In this document: positions 26,832-41,243 of the stretch, piece after piece
Layout of the letters: each line of letters opens with the position of its first letter
How positions within the stretch are numbered: the stretch's first letter is position 1
Assembly (NCBI GenBank): GCA_964016885.1
Contig: CAXHJY010000993.1
Coordinates: 36,821 to 100,820, forward strand
Length of the DNA stretch: 64,000 nucleotides
Direction of reading: 5' to 3'
Source: Eledone cirrhosa
Taxonomy: Eukaryota
Notes under the pieces: generated by a model
Database searches by the model: none
Told to the model about the DNA's origin: nothing
What the model saw: the letters and a program-made list of their open reading frames with translations, nothing else
Translations under genes and position numbers: made by a program

Positions 26832-26973
26832 ATATATATTTAATATAGAAATGGCTTCTACAGGACTAGAATTGTTTCATTCGAAGGAAATCATCAGGAA
26901 AGCTTTTCTGATGATTTCCTTCGAATGAAACAGTTCTAGTCCTGTAGAAGCCATTTCTATATTAAATATATAT
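26832..26973. repeat. Spacerless 142-bp palindrome, each arm containing a hammerhead motif
   Basis: Arms pair about the 26902/26903 axis with 2 mismatches; CTGATGA starts at 26908. Confidence 0.9.
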
Positions 26974-27022
26974 ACTCTGCTATGTATTGAGTACCTTACT
27001 GTGGTTACCCTCGATTTAATCC

Positions 27023-27110
<88 letters not shown>

Positions 27111-27381
27111 CAGGGTGTAAATGCATATACACTTCAACACCATTCTAATAAATATTGTCTGCACAGGTAATCAAAGTATGCATACATTTTTGGGGGACAC
27201 CCTATATATACGCCGGAGTGCACGCATGCTTACTCAGACTATATATATATGAGCGCGTGTGTGCGTGTGTGTGCGTATATGTGTATGTGCGTGCGCATGT
27301 GTGTATTTGTTTGTGTGTGCTTGTGTGTATTTGTGTGTGTGTGTGTGTGTGCGTGTGTGTGTGTGTGTGCGCGTGTGTATT

Positions 27382-27417
<36 letters not shown>

Positions 27418-27807
27418 TGAATAAATTGGGTATAATACCAGTCTCTTACCAAATGCGAAGAAACCCGATATATTAACCCTTTAGGAAAGGACACAGAGTA
27501 TAATTTTTTGAAAATCATATTTATACGGTAGCGGTAGAACTGGGGGGGGGGGGGGGGGGAGCATTTCCCCCTTCAATAATTATATTTTCTCCCCAAACTA
27601 CCAAAACACACATCTATTTGGCTATACGCTACAATTTATGCACATGTTACGTTTATCGCATATCGAAGTTTTCTGACCATTTTAGAGTGCAAAGAGTTAA
27701 ACTAATTACTACAACTAAATTGTCCAAATTTGCCCTCTCCCTTCCCCCAAATTTGCCCTCTCCCTTCCCCCAAATTCAGAAATGCTTCTACCGTCCCTGC
27801 AGAAGTT

Positions 27808-27960
27808 AGCGAATTGGCAGAATCGTCAGAGCGTCGAATAGAATGTTTTGCGGTATTGGTTACAGCTTACAGTAGTTTGAGTTCAAATCACGCTGAGATC
27901 AACTTCGTCTTTCCTTATTTCGAGGTCGATAAATAAAGTGATAGCCCAGTACCAAAGTTG
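27808..27960 (+). mobile_element. tRNA-derived SINE
   Basis: TTGGCAGAATCG ... GAGTTCAAATC ... GGTCGATAAATAAAG. Confidence 0.75.
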
Positions 27961-28396
27961 ATTCGTTCTCCTTTGATTATACTCTGAATTCAAATGTCGC
28001 GTTTTGCCATATATTCTGGTGCGTTGATTCAGCCTAAAAACGGCGTTGAGACGATATGCTAACTTCACGGAAAGTTGAACAACGCAATATATAAACTTTC
28101 CGTTGCATATTAAAGTTGTCAAGAAATAGAAATAAGAAGAGTAACTATCAAGAAAAAGTCTTATAGAGGAGAGTGAAAGAATAATGTTGTAAATATGGAA
28201 AGATTCAATAGAGGTACTGCAGTAACCTTCAGAGAATGTGAGGCCGCCTGTGAGACGTGGGACAGACTGGGGCTTGAACAACTGAGTGCTGCTCATCCTT
28301 GACACCGACAAAGAATCTTTCAAACTGACGCTTGTTTACTGCTAGTAAGACATTTACCTCGGAGGTGTGAAAGACTCACTTCAATAAAGATGAATA

Positions 28397-28619
28397 CTGT
28401 AGTAGTAGTAGTAGTGCAGGTGGTGGTAGCGATCGTGGTAGTAGTGTAGTAGTAGTAGTAGTAGTAGTAGTAGTGCAGGTGGTGGTAGCGATCGTGGTAG
28501 TAGTGTAGTAGTAGTAGTAGTAGTAGTAGTGCAGGTGGTGGTAGCGATCGTGGTATTAGTGTAGTAGTAGTAGTAGTAGTAGTAGTAGTGCAGGTGGTGG
28601 TAGCGATCGTGGTAGTAGT

Positions 28620-28670
<51 letters not shown>

Positions 28671-28973
28671 CAGGTGGTGGTAGCGATCGTGGTATTAGTG
28701 TAGTAGTAGTAGTAGTAGTGCAGGTGGTGGTAGCGATCGTGGTATTAGTGTAGTAGTAGTAGTAGTAGTAGTAGTGCAGGTGGTGGTAGCGATCGTGGTA
28801 TTAGTGTAGTAGTAGTAGTAGTAGTAGTGCAGGTGGTGGTAGCGATCGTGGTAGTAGTGTAGTAGTAGTAGTAGTAGTAGTAGTAGTGCAGGTGGTGGTA
28901 GCGATCGTGGTAGTAGTGTAGTAGTAGTAGTAGTAGTAGTAGTGCAGGTGGTGGTAGCGATCGTGGTAGTAGT

Positions 28974-29018
<45 letters not shown>

Positions 29019-29173
29019 CAGGTGGTGGTAGCGATCGTGGTATTAGTGTAGTAGTAGTAGTAGTAGTGCAGGTGGTGGTAGCGATCGTGGTATTAGTGTA
29101 GTAGTAGTAGTAGTAGTGTAGTAGTAGTAGTAGTAGTAGTAGTGCAGGTGGTGGTAGCGATCGTGGTAGTAGT

Positions 29174-29207
<34 letters not shown>

Positions 29208-29263
29208 CAACAGTAGTAGTAGTAGTAGTGGGAGTGGTAGTAGTAGTAGCAGTAACAGTAGTG

Positions 29264-29302
<39 letters not shown>

Positions 29303-29331
29303 CAGGTGGTGGTAGCGATCGTGGTAGTACT

Positions 29332-29368
<37 letters not shown>

Positions 29369-29489
29369 GAGTGGTAGTAGTAGTAGCAGTAACAGTAGTG
29401 GTAGTAGTAGTAGTAGTAGTAGTGCTGGTGCTGCTAGCGATCGTGGTAGTAGCGTAGTAGTAGTAGTAGTAGTAGTAGTAACAGTAGTG

Positions 29490-29543
<54 letters not shown>

Positions 29544-29572
29544 CTGGTGCTGGTAGCGATCGTGGTAGTAGC

Positions 29573-29623
<51 letters not shown>

Positions 29624-29674
29624 ACAGTAGCAGTAGTGGGAGTGGTAGTAGTAGAAGTAGCAGTAGCAGTAGTG

Positions 29675-29708
<34 letters not shown>

Positions 29709-29809
29709 CAGAAGCAGTAGTAGTAGAAGTAATAATCGTAGTAGGAGTAGTAGTAGTAGTGGTAGTAGTAATAGTAGCAGAAGCAGCAGTAGTAGTAGTA
29801 GTAGTAGTG

Positions 29810-29846
<37 letters not shown>

Positions 29847-29850
29847 TATT
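28397..29850. repeat. (GTA)n-based minisatellite with recurring GCAGGTGGTGGTAGCGATCGTGGTA cassette
   Basis: More than 15 cassettes separated by variable (GTA)n. Confidence 0.95.
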
Positions 29851-30143
29851 TTAGCGCTAGTTCAGTCTTGCTTGGAGAGACCCATGATCAAAATTATTTC
29901 AGGCCTGGTAATCATATATATTTTCCAGACACCTAAAATTGCATTATCTAAATGTCCTTCCCTTTTTTTAAAGACGGATTTAGCTGCTATTTCTAGCTGG
30001 TGGAGCATGACTTTTCTATAATTAATTTAGTCGTTTACTCGGAGGAGTCACGCTGTTTCTACCACCCAAACGTCTCATTACATAACAACCACAATAACAA
30101 TAACAGCAGCAATACCAGCATTGACAGCAATAACAACAACAAT

Positions 30144-30328
30144 AATTATTTCTACTTTTGGCACAAGGCCAGCAATTAATCCAGTACATTACAGGTACAT
30201 TATTTTATCGACCCCGTAAGGATGAAAAGCAAAGTTAACCTCGGCGGGACATGAACTCAGAACATAAAGGGACGTAACTCTATGCTGCGAAGCAGGGTGT
30301 CCGACGCTCTACCGATTTTGCCAGTCCA
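30144..30328 (-). mobile_element. tRNA-derived SINE
   Basis: Family core present. Confidence 0.85.
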
Positions 30329-30329
30329 A

Positions 30330-31575
30330 TAATGATACTATTAAGATCAACAACAACATCAGCAGCAATAACAGCAACAACAACAATAACAGCAGCAACA
30401 ACAACAACAACAGCAGCAATAACAGCAACAACAACAATAACAGCAATAACAACAACAACAACAACAGCAGCAATAACAGCAACAACATCAATAACAGCAA
30501 CAACAACATCAACAGCAGCAATAACAGCAACAACAACAATAACAGCAATAACAACAACAGCTGCAGCAATAACAGCAACAACAACAATAACAGCAGCAAT
30601 AACAGCAACAACAACAATAACAGCAACAACAACAACAACAACAGCATCAGCAATAACAGCAACAACAACAATAACAGCAACAACAACAACAACAACAACA
30701 ACAGCAATAACAGCAACAACAACAATAACAGCAACAACAACAACAGCTGCACCAATAACAGCAACAGCAACAACAATAACAGCAACAACAACAACAACAA
30801 CAACAGCAGCAATAACAGCAACAACAACAATAACAGCAACAGCAACAACAACAACAGCTGCACCAATAACAGCAACAACAACAATAACAGCAACAACAAC
30901 AACAGCTGCAGCAATAACAGCAACAACAACAATAACAGCAACAACAACAACAACAACAGCAGCAATAACAGCAACAACAACAATAACAGCAACAACAGCA
31001 GCAGCAATAACAGCAACAACAACAATAACAGCAATAACAACAACAGCTGCAGCAATAACAGCAACAACAACAATAACAGCAACCACAACAACAACAACAG
31101 CAGCAATAACAGCAACAACAACAATAACAGCAACAACAACAACAACAACAACAACAGCAGCAATAACAGCAACAACAACAATAATGATTCTATTAAGACC
31201 AACAATAGCAGCAACAACAACAATAGCAGCAATAACAACAACAGCTGCAGCAATAACAGCAACAACAACAATAACAGCAATAACAACAACAGCTGCAGCA
31301 ATAACAGCAACAACAACAATAACAGCAATAACAACAACAGCTGCAGCAATAACAGCAACAACAACAATAACAGCAACCACAACAACAACAACAGCAGCAA
31401 TAACAGCAACAACAACAATAACAGCAACAACAACAACAACAACAGCAGCAATAACAGCAACAACAACAATAACAGCAACAACAACAACAGCAGCAATAAC
31501 AGCAACAACAACAATAATGATTCTATTAAGACCAACAATAGCAGCAACAACAACAATAGCAGCAACAACAACAAA
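30330..31575. repeat. (AAC/AGC/AAT)n trinucleotide satellite with higher-order repeats
   Basis: ATAATGATWCTATTAAGAYCAAC recurs at ~30330, 31181 and 31514. Confidence 0.95.
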
Positions 31576-31699
31576 GACAGAAAGAATGACAAGAACAATA
31601 ACATTAACAAGGGAGGAAAAACGATATTTTCTCCTATAAAGAGAAGTTATTGCTTGTCAATTCTGAAAAACGAAGAAGAATTTAGATGTCTTTTTTATT

Positions 31700-31793
31700 A
31701 CTATTACTATAATCACTACTACTACTACTACTACTAGTGCTGCTGCTGCTACTGTTGCTGCTGCTGCTACTACTGCTGCTACTGTTGCTGCCG

Positions 31794-31856
<63 letters not shown>

Positions 31857-31913
31857 GTGCTGCTGCTGCTACTGTTGCTGCTGCTGCTACTACTGCTGCT
31901 ACTGTTGCTGCTG

Positions 31914-31946
<33 letters not shown>

Positions 31947-32180
31947 TAAATAATAATAATGGTAACAACAACAATAGTAAGAAGAAGAAGAAGAAGAAGA
32001 AGAACAACAACAACAACAGGGGGAAGAAATGAAGGAATAAGAAATGAAAGACAGCAATAAAAGAAGATAAAAAGATAAAAAAAATAGCCGAGAATCTAAG
32101 AAAACTGAGATGAGAAGATGAAAAAGAAAGAAAGAAAGAAAGAAGGAAAGAAAGAAAGAGAGAAAGAAAGAAAGGGAAAG
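31700..32180. repeat. (ACT/GCT)n, (AAG)n and (AAAG)n microsatellites
   Basis: Visible directly in the sequence. Confidence 0.9.
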
Positions 32181-32800
32181 AAATTTGGCAAAATATTTTG
32201 GAGCCTTCATCTAATATTCATGAAGTCACACAAACATATATTGCAAGGAACTTAGCCGTGGGAATTTGGAGTTAATTTTCTTAGAAGAATGAACAAAAGC
32301 AAGGAAGAAAACTGTGCAGAGAAACTATTGAATTGGCATTTGCTCAGATTTCTGTGTAATATATAGTCTGGACAGGAAAAATAAAGTCTCTCTCTCAAAG
32401 GAGAAAGATAATCATGACTGGTTAGTAGAAACGTATCTTCAAGTTGATCGATGGACAATGGGTGACATCAAAGTTGGTGTATTAACAAGAAACGGTAAAG
32501 AGGTAACACATTCATGTTACACGACGATGGAATTTCTCTATTGTTAAAGAAGAAGAAAAAAAAAGATAAAAATTATGGTTCCGTTGTTAAAAACACCGGA
32601 GATCACACATCATACATGCGTACACATACATAATACTTGCACACACATATGTATATATATACACACATACTCCTACACACACATATATACATACACATAC
32701 ACACGCACACACACATATATCTATATATCTATATCTATCTATCTCTCTCTCTATATATATATGGTCGGAGTATTGCTTAAAGCTTTCTCTGTTAATGTAT

Positions 32801-32856
<56 letters not shown>

Positions 32857-32858
<2 letters not shown>

Positions 32859-33515
32859 CTAGGACTATCCATCATCAGTGCTCTACTAACCATCATAGGT
32901 ATTTCTTCGCATTACAGACCATATACCTCCGGCTAGGGCAATACAATAACTAAATTAAGTTATTGGGATAAAAAGAGTTGGGTGGAGAAAGAGAGACAGG
33001 TAAATAAATACGAATGGTGAGGCAACGTAATGAGAGGAAAAAATGAGAAAATCAAGTCAATGATTTATTTTGAATATAAGAACGGGCGAATATTGACGAG
33101 AAGACGAAAGACACATCTTGGGCGTGCGAATGTGAGCGAGGAAAGAATTTCGTACGATGTGGGACGATGGAGGAAGTGAGAGAGAGGGTGAGTAGCAGAG
33201 AGTGAGTGAGTGAAAGTGTGAGGAAGAGGCTAGCAGAGGGGGTGAATGAAAGTAAGAAGGAGAAGGAGAGAGAAGGAGGAGAGAGAAAGAGGATAGCAGT
33301 AAGGGAAGAGAAAAAGACAGGTCACAGCGAAGGAGAAAGCATATATGAATGAAAAATGGCGAGCTGTGTTGTTGCAAATATGATATATATAATAAAGAAT
33401 TAGAAATAGAAGCCAGGACTATCCATCATCAGTGCTCTACTAACCATCATAGGTATTTCTTCGCATTACAGACCATATACCTCCGGCTAGGGCAATGCAA
33501 TAATTAAATTAAGTT
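32857..33515 (-). mobile_element. Non-coding element with 105-bp direct terminal repeats
   Basis: 32857-32961 and 33411-33515 are near identical, and each contains minus-strand CTGATGA TGGA TAG TCC. Confidence 0.7.
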
Positions 33516-33718
33516 CTATATATATGCACATACTCACACACACGTGTATATGGAACTTCATAGACATGTCATATATCTAAATATGTGTGTGTGTGTATGT
33601 GTGCGTGTGCATGTATATATGTTCGTATGAGTGTGTTTTGTGTGTGACTGTGTGTGTGTGTGAGAGAGAGGGACAGACAGACAGAGAAACGCATATTAAA
33701 TCTGGTACATTCAAATGA

Positions 33719-33862
<144 letters not shown>

Positions 33863-33921
33863 CTGTCAATATATATATATATGTGTGTGTGTATACATAT
33901 CTATGTATGTATGTATATATA

Positions 33922-33973
<52 letters not shown>

Positions 33974-34879
33974 CATATATATATATACATACATACATAG
34001 ATATGTATACACACACACATATATATATATATTGACAGACTGACAGACATGAGTGACATATACATACATATAATTTATGTTCCTAAATTTATGCACATAT
34101 TTGAATATTTATTTTCTCACACATTTATAGAAGAGATAGACAATGTTATTCCTTCTACGCAGCAGAAACTTTCATCTTTTTCATCCTAAATATTTCAAAA
34201 TTACAGGATATATTCATGATAGTAAAATTCGGACATTGAATATTATTGTCTGATGTTTGCGGACTTTCAGATCCGAATTTTTAAAGCGTTTTCTTTGACG
34301 TTGATTAAAGGGTAATAAAATCACAGGCAGAAATGGTAAAGAATCTGTCTAAGTTCCTCTCATTATTCGATTTTGTCTCTTTCAAGTTCTCAGTTCAAAT
34401 CTGGTTTGGCTCGGTTCTACCATGTATAAATTATAAAAGTATGTTGCATTATCTAATGTGTCCTTTCCTTTTGAAATTATAGTTTTGTCTCGTTTCTTAC
34501 TCAATGGACAGCATTTTGGCTTGTGTCAGACGCTGTGACCCCAGTCGGACCAACAGTACCGTGGGTACGGGTCGAACTGCCAAAGTCAATCTCAACGGCC
34601 GATGGCGCTAGAGTTCTGTATTCCTATTTTCAGAAAATAATTTTTAAAGGTTTCCCCCTTAAAAGAATGTTTTTCGTTTTGCCTTGGTTTCGTTTGTTGT
34701 CTTGTCTCCTCTCTATTAATTTTCCTAATTTAAAAAAAAAATGTATATACACACAAACAAACAATGTAAGAAGCCGAATTTTCAACTTTTGAGCGTTGAG
34801 AATATATATGTGTATAAAGGATGATATGCCCAAGCGCAGACATGCTATAAAAAGTAACTAATAAAATTTATATGTATAT

Positions 34880-35410
34880 AGTGGGTCCCTGAGTAAGAGG
34901 CTGGTGTCTCATCTGGGACGTCACAGTCAGTGACTCTTTTGCTCCCTTTCACATTATGGATGCCACGATAAATGTGGGGGTCATTGCTTCCGTTGCCGAA
35001 CGGAATAAAATCCGAAATTATCGGGAACTATGAAACAATTATTTTTTCCAGCCTGTGGCGTTCGAGAAGTTTGGTGGAGTTAGGCCGCTGACAGCGAAGT
35101 TCTTGTCATCGTTGGCCGCTCGCCTTACCGTGGTATCAGATGATGCCCACGAGGGCGTCTGGTTGTTTCAGCTCCTTAGTCTCGTTCTCAACCGCAGTAA
35201 TGCTGCGAGCGTGTTGGCTTGCCTCACAAATTTCCGTTGGTCTTTGTGATGTCTGGCCGATTGTCGCATTTGATGGTGAATCGATAGTCGCTTTTATTTT
35301 TGTTTCCCTTTTTTCTTTTTTTCTTTCCCTCGCTTTGATCGTATATTTTGGTGCGTTATATTTGTAAGGCTCCTAGCTTATAAAATAGAGTGAAGACCCT
35401 TAAATGACGG
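34880..35410 (+). mobile_element. CRE-clade LINE 3' end (endonuclease domain plus 3' UTR)
   Basis: IWDVTVSDSF...AERNKIRNY...FFQPVAFEKFGG...LSLVLNRSNAASVL. Confidence 0.8.
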
Positions 35411-35420
35411 AAAAGGAAGC

Positions 35421-35476
<56 letters not shown>

Positions 35477-35480
<4 letters not shown>

Positions 35481-35707
35481 CGAAGGAGGTGTGGTAAGGA
35501 ACCAAATGAACCACAACGCACCAGACCAGAGTACTCAATACTTAGGGTAGTAGAGTGGGTAAAAGGAAAAAGTTTAACATCGACGGCAGAGCTGAAGCCG
35601 TTTCGACGGCTATTTCTGTATATATATATATATAAAGGAAAGGACACATTAGATAATGCAACATACGTCGAAATGGCTTGAGCTCTGCCGTCGGGGTTAA
35701 ACTTTTT

Positions 35708-35710
<3 letters not shown>
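35477..35710. mobile_element. Fold-back element with hammerhead 3' half (family B)
   Basis: Inverted arms 35564-35608 and 35666-35710; homologous to 42079-42272; flanked by (TA)n. Confidence 0.8.
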
Positions 35711-35805
<95 letters not shown>

Positions 35806-36521
35806 GGCAAACAGAAATATCAAACGAGTAACATAATTAATCATATTGTCTCACAAAAGTATAGGTTGACCAAAGTGTTAAAAACAATTACTGATAAAAC
35901 CTAAAGTCAGCTCTATTAATATAAAATCTAAGAATTTTCATTACATGGGTAAGAATGTCTAGACAAATGTATCCACATAATATGCGTGTTTGTACAATTA
36001 TATAGGCGCAATGATATAAGAAGATCTGAGAGTGAAATTATATATGTATATGAAAAAGAAACAAAATATATATACATATGAAAAAGAAACAAAAATCTAT
36101 ATTTTTGACGTGTGATACTAAATAAGTGAATCCTACCTGTTTAAGCAGAGATGATAGACAACTTCCAAATTTATGCCCGATGAAATATTCAGAGACATGA
36201 TTGAAGGAACTCAGCATACCAGCTTCGATTAGATACAAACCAGTACAGACCTTCGAATAAAGCAGATTTCTTTTTCAAATCAGCTCTCAAATAATATGTT
36301 GTCACAATTTTAGAAATGTGGTGTGTAGCAAATCAGTTATATGGAAAATATAAGAAAATGTAAAACCACCTTTATGATTTAAGAAAGATACGAAGTTGCA
36401 CCGACATGTTTGATTTTGCAGTTTATTTAATTTGGTTTTTATATACGATAACTATGTTTTCCATGAATATTGAGTACACTATAAACTGATGTTATCAAGC
36501 TGCAGCTGTCATATTATGTGG

Positions 36522-36820
36522 TTTCTATATAATAAAACCAATAAAGCTATTACCATCTGCAGAGACTACGACTCCATTACGTAATAGGCTGGGCTCCACC
36601 TCCTGTCGTCTCTCAACTTTAAACCCCAAACTATCCACCTAGATGACGTGATGCCGTGCATCTGGAAGTGTAGTCCGTACAACACAACATGAAAAACCAC
36701 ATATTACCCAAGCCATTAAAGAATTAAACGAAATGAACCAAAGATGAATACCATATAAATACGATATATATAGACAAACAAGTCAGACACACAGACATTG
36801 TGTTTTATATATATAGACTG
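36522..36820. mobile_element. Possible non-autonomous Helitron/Helentron-like element
   Basis: Begins TCTATATAATAAAA and ends TTTTATATATATAGA. Confidence 0.35.
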
Positions 36821-37189
36821 AATTGTTTAGATTTATAATCCACATTTCTATAACATTTTGTTTTATGTATAAGCTGTAGCTCACCAAGCAGGTGAAACAT
36901 TGACCACGTATTTAATATCAATTTAATTGACTAAGAAAGCAAATCACTATAACAACCAATATCACCGTCATCGTCATTATAATGTCAGTGACAAAAGATT
37001 GACTTCCTGAAGAAAGAGATTATTGTATATTAGATATTATATATCAGTACTCAAAGAATTGTTTATATTTCCGATACATTTGTAAACTTATAACCGGGTA
37101 CCAAATATACGGTGCAGAGTTAATCCTACTTTTTTTTCCATTTTTAACTGAATGCTTTAGTTTTCTATTTTTTCTATTATTTATTTATT

Positions 37190-37510
37190 TATGAACAACA
37201 AGATAATATGACTATAGTATTAGTTTAAAGTTAAAAGAGAAGAGATAAGAAATGTCATTAACGTTTCGAACGTAATTCCTTCATCTGAGAGAGGCATGGT
37301 AAGGAAACGAGAAATAAAATCTGGAAAGAGAATAATTGGAGTTATTTTATATTTCTGACCAATATTTTTTCTTTCCATCCTTTCCTCCTTCCCCCCATTT
37401 TCTTATCTTTCAGACGAAGAACTGTTGTCCTAAGCTTTAAAAACATTTCTCTTCTCCCCAAGCATTAAAGTAGCACCATTCCTATGTTATTTTGTTATTT
37501 CTGTGTTGTG
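37190..37510. mobile_element. Two decayed family A hammerhead repeats in divergent orientation
   Basis: Minus CAGATGA aggaattacgttc GAAACGTT at 37256-37290 and a plus degenerate copy at ~37410. Confidence 0.45.
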
Positions 37511-37552
37511 TATTGTGTATTTTTTTAAATATCCTTTTATTATATTCGAACA

Positions 37553-37673
<121 letters not shown>

Positions 37674-37712
37674 ACATATATATATAATTGTTGTGGGATG
37701 CTTAAAGCGTCC

Positions 37713-37748
<36 letters not shown>

Positions 37749-37821
37749 GGTGTGGGATGCTTAAAGCGTCCGTAAGCGGTATGCCGTTTGAGCACTCGAT
37801 GCTCTTACAGACTAGAGTATA

Positions 37822-37980
37822 ATATCACATAAGAAACGAAGAATCAGTGGTGCGACGAATAAGATTTATTAGACATATTACAATCGTTTCTCTCTCGAGT
37901 TGGTCGCCAGAGAAACGATTGTAATATGTCTAATAAATCTTATTCGTCGCACCACTGATTCTCCGTTTCTTATGTGATAT
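37822..37980. repeat. Inverted repeat (72-bp arms, 15-nt loop) with hammerhead 3' half (family C)
   Basis: 37822-37893 pairs with 37909-37980 (1 mismatch); GAAACGATTGTA at 37912. Confidence 0.9.
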
Positions 37981-38009
37981 ATATATACCAGACACACTCA
38001 TTAATACAT

Positions 38010-39450
38010 ATAAAGTCTGTGGTGCAGAGATCGGGAAGACCACCAATCAGGGGAATACTCTATGCATGGGAAGAAGCAGAGTTGGCATAGAGGAAGGTAA
38101 AAACCCGACGGCGACGCTTAGCGGTTTTGGACTGTATTCGGCATGACTTTTTAAGTGTTGCTCTCTCTGTGGACATTTACCTGGAATCCTGGAACTTTTC
38201 ACCCAAGAATTATCCACAGATTAAACTGTCTTCGAATTGCTGGATCTTGGAGCTGCTCGGGCACTGCTCTAATCCCCCGCGACCCTCCTCTACCACTTTT
38301 TCTTCTCTAATTTTAGCTCTCAAAAAATCTTTTTCCTTCTCTCTCTCTTTTTTTCTTTCTCTCCCTTCAGGGTGTTCCCTCCCTATTACTTTCTCTTTGC
38401 TTCCTCGCCCACCATGTTTAACCAAAAACCTTCCTCCACCATCTCCATTCCCGCTTAAAACTCTTCCTCGCTCTTCTACTACCCCACTTCTGTATCCAAT
38501 CGACTCTCTGACTTTCATACCACGATTTCGCTAAAACCAGGCATTCCGGTCATTTCAATTTCCTCAGCCGCTGTCTTCATCTCCATTACCTCCCCTGGGG
38601 CTTTCGCCTCCACTTCCACGCCACCATCCACTCGTCTCCCTCCACTGAGCCAATCTTCACCCGTTCCTCTAGCCTTTTCATGCGCGTCACTCTCCACTCC
38701 ACAACCTCGACCGCCATCACCCCTAAATCTTTCTTCTCTATTCCACCTGCCACTCCTTCCTGGCACATTCCATCCTTCTCTTCCTCCAACACCTCAGCTA
38801 AGAGCTTTTCTTTTTCCTCATCTACCAAACTCCGCAAACTAAATTCCATCCTTCTCTCCACTCACACGTTTAACTTCCCTTCTCACTCATCCACCTCATC
38901 TACACCACTAATATTTCCACATCATAACCACTACTACCCACCAGTCCACCTCATCTCTATCACTCCCTCCTCCACCCACTACGCGCTAACACCTCCAAAC
39001 TTAACACCCTCATTCAATTCTCCACCCACCCATAACTTGTCACCCTACCCACGCCCGAGCTTCCACTCTCCGGACCAGAACGCTCTTTCCTCCATAGGGG
39101 CCAGCACACAGAAGCAATAATGCACACCCATGAAATGCATTCTATCTGCACATACATAACTACAACCATGATACACCTCGACTCTTCACCTCGGCCCCTA
39201 CTCCCGAGTGCCGGACTACTTACTTACCACCCAGCCTTCTTACTTCTTAAACCTTTTTGTTTGTTTGTTTTTTTAATTTTCCAAACTCCGATGTTTTAAT
39301 CTTCTCTCTCTCTCTCCGAACTCTCTATTTCCTGAAGAAAGATTTATGTTCGAAACGTCAAATCCTCATCTAATTCCTCCTGAGCGTGTTACTAATAAGA
39401 CTTTGCGATTTTGCATCTCTGTGTCTGTCTTGTCATTTCTTAAACTAGTA
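38010..39450 (+). mobile_element. Probable non-autonomous PLE-like element ending in a family A hammerhead motif
   Basis: Pyrimidine-rich body; CTGAAGA aagatttatgttc GAAACGTC aaat at 39332-39363. Confidence 0.4.
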
Positions 39451-39643
39451 TATTCTCTGCATCAAGTATATTCTCTGTTTGTGTTCGCCATAATTTCCTT
39501 TATTGATTAACTAATTGTGCAATCTGCAACTAACGATGTCGTCAAGGTCTTGCGCCATGATCGGATGATGTAACTTAGCCATTGAAATATGTATAGTATT
39601 TCTTGCAACAATATTTCCAGTCGCGCCTTCTGAGTTTTAAACT

Positions 39644-39729
<86 letters not shown>

Positions 39730-39751
39730 CTAATGCTTCTACCACTACAGG

Positions 39752-39787
<36 letters not shown>

Positions 39788-39994
39788 ACCATAATCTCTG
39801 CCCAGGCTGCTATATCCTTTAATACACACCGCTGTGAATCTAAACAACGGAAGCAATAAGATGATATATCGATGTGAAGACATAAACTTGAGAAGAAGCA
39901 GGGATATGATTGTGGTGGTGGTAGTGGGGTACGGTGCTGGTAGTGGTGATGGTGGAGGTGAAATAAGGTGTTTTGTTTGGTAATGGCGCGGAAA

Positions 39995-40358
39995 TGAGGT
40001 GATGGAAATGATGATGCTGATGATGATGATGATGATAATGGCGACAACGAAGTCAATGATGTCAAAGATGATGACTATGGTGGTGGTGGTGGTGGTGGTG
40101 GCTGTAGTTGTGGTGGTGATAGTGGTGGTTGTGGTTGTGGTGGTGTTTGTGGTGGTGGTTGTGTTGGTTGTGGTGGTTGTGGTGGTGTTTGTGGTGGTGG
40201 TTGTGTTAGTTGTGGTGGTTGTGGTGGTGGTGATGGTGATGGTGGTGGTGGTGATGGCGGTTGTGGTGGTGGTTGTGGTGGTGGTGGTGATGGTAGTGGT
40301 GATGGTGGTTGTGGTGGTGGTTGTGGTCGTGGTGATGGGGGTTGTGGTGGTTGTGTTG

Positions 40359-40392
<34 letters not shown>

Positions 40393-40487
40393 TGGTGGTT
40401 GTGGTGGTTGTGGTGGTGTGGTGATGGTAGTGGTGATGGTGGTTGTGGTGGTGGTTGTGGTCGTGGTGATGGGGGTTGTGGTGGTTG

Positions 40488-40520
<33 letters not shown>

Positions 40521-41211
40521 TGGTGGTGGTGGTTGTGGTGGTGGTTATGGAGGTGGTGGTGATGGTAGTGGTGATGGTGGTTGTGGTGGTGGTTGTGGTG
40601 GTGGTGGTGATGGTAGTGGTGATGGTGGTTGTGGTGGTGGTTGTGGTGGTGGTGGTGATGGTAGTGGTGATGGTGGTTGTGGTGGTGGTTGTGGTCGTGG
40701 TGATGGGGGTTGTGGTGGTGGTGATTGTGGTGGTGGTTGTGTTGGTGGTTGTGGTGGTGGTTGTGGTTGTGGTGGTGGTTGTGGGGTGGTGATTGTGGTG
40801 GTGGTTGTGGTGGTGGTTGTGGTGGTTGTGTTGTTGTTGTTGTTGTTGTTGGTGGTGGTGGTGATTGTGGTGGTGGTTGTGTTAGTGGTTGTGGTGGTTG
40901 TGTTGTTGTTGTTGTTGTTGGTGGTGGTGATTGTGTTGGTGGTTGTGTTGGTGGTTGTGGTGGTGGTGGTTGTGGTTGTGGTGGTGGTTGTGGTTGTGGT
41001 GGTGGTTGTGGTGATTGTGGGGGTGGTTGTGTTGGTGGTGGTGGTGGTGGTGTTTGTGGTGGAGGTTGTGGTGGTGTTTGTGGTGGAGGTTGTGGTGGTT
41101 GTGGTTGTGGTGGTTGTGGTGGAGGTGGTGGTTGTGGTTGTGGTTGTGGTGGTGGTTGTGGTTGTTGTGGTGGTTGTGGTCGTGGTGATGGGGGTTGTGG
41201 TGGTTGTGTTG

Positions 41212-41243
<32 letters not shown>

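Noticed and set aside
28397-29600. CRISPR-like constant cassette with spacers
   Set aside because: The spacers are just (GTA)n, the context is eukaryotic, and there are no cas genes.
30280-31639. Long Thr/Ala-rich ORF resembling a mucin or antifreeze glycoprotein
   Set aside because: It is a trinucleotide satellite open in several frames, abuts a SINE, and has no signal peptide or splice evidence.
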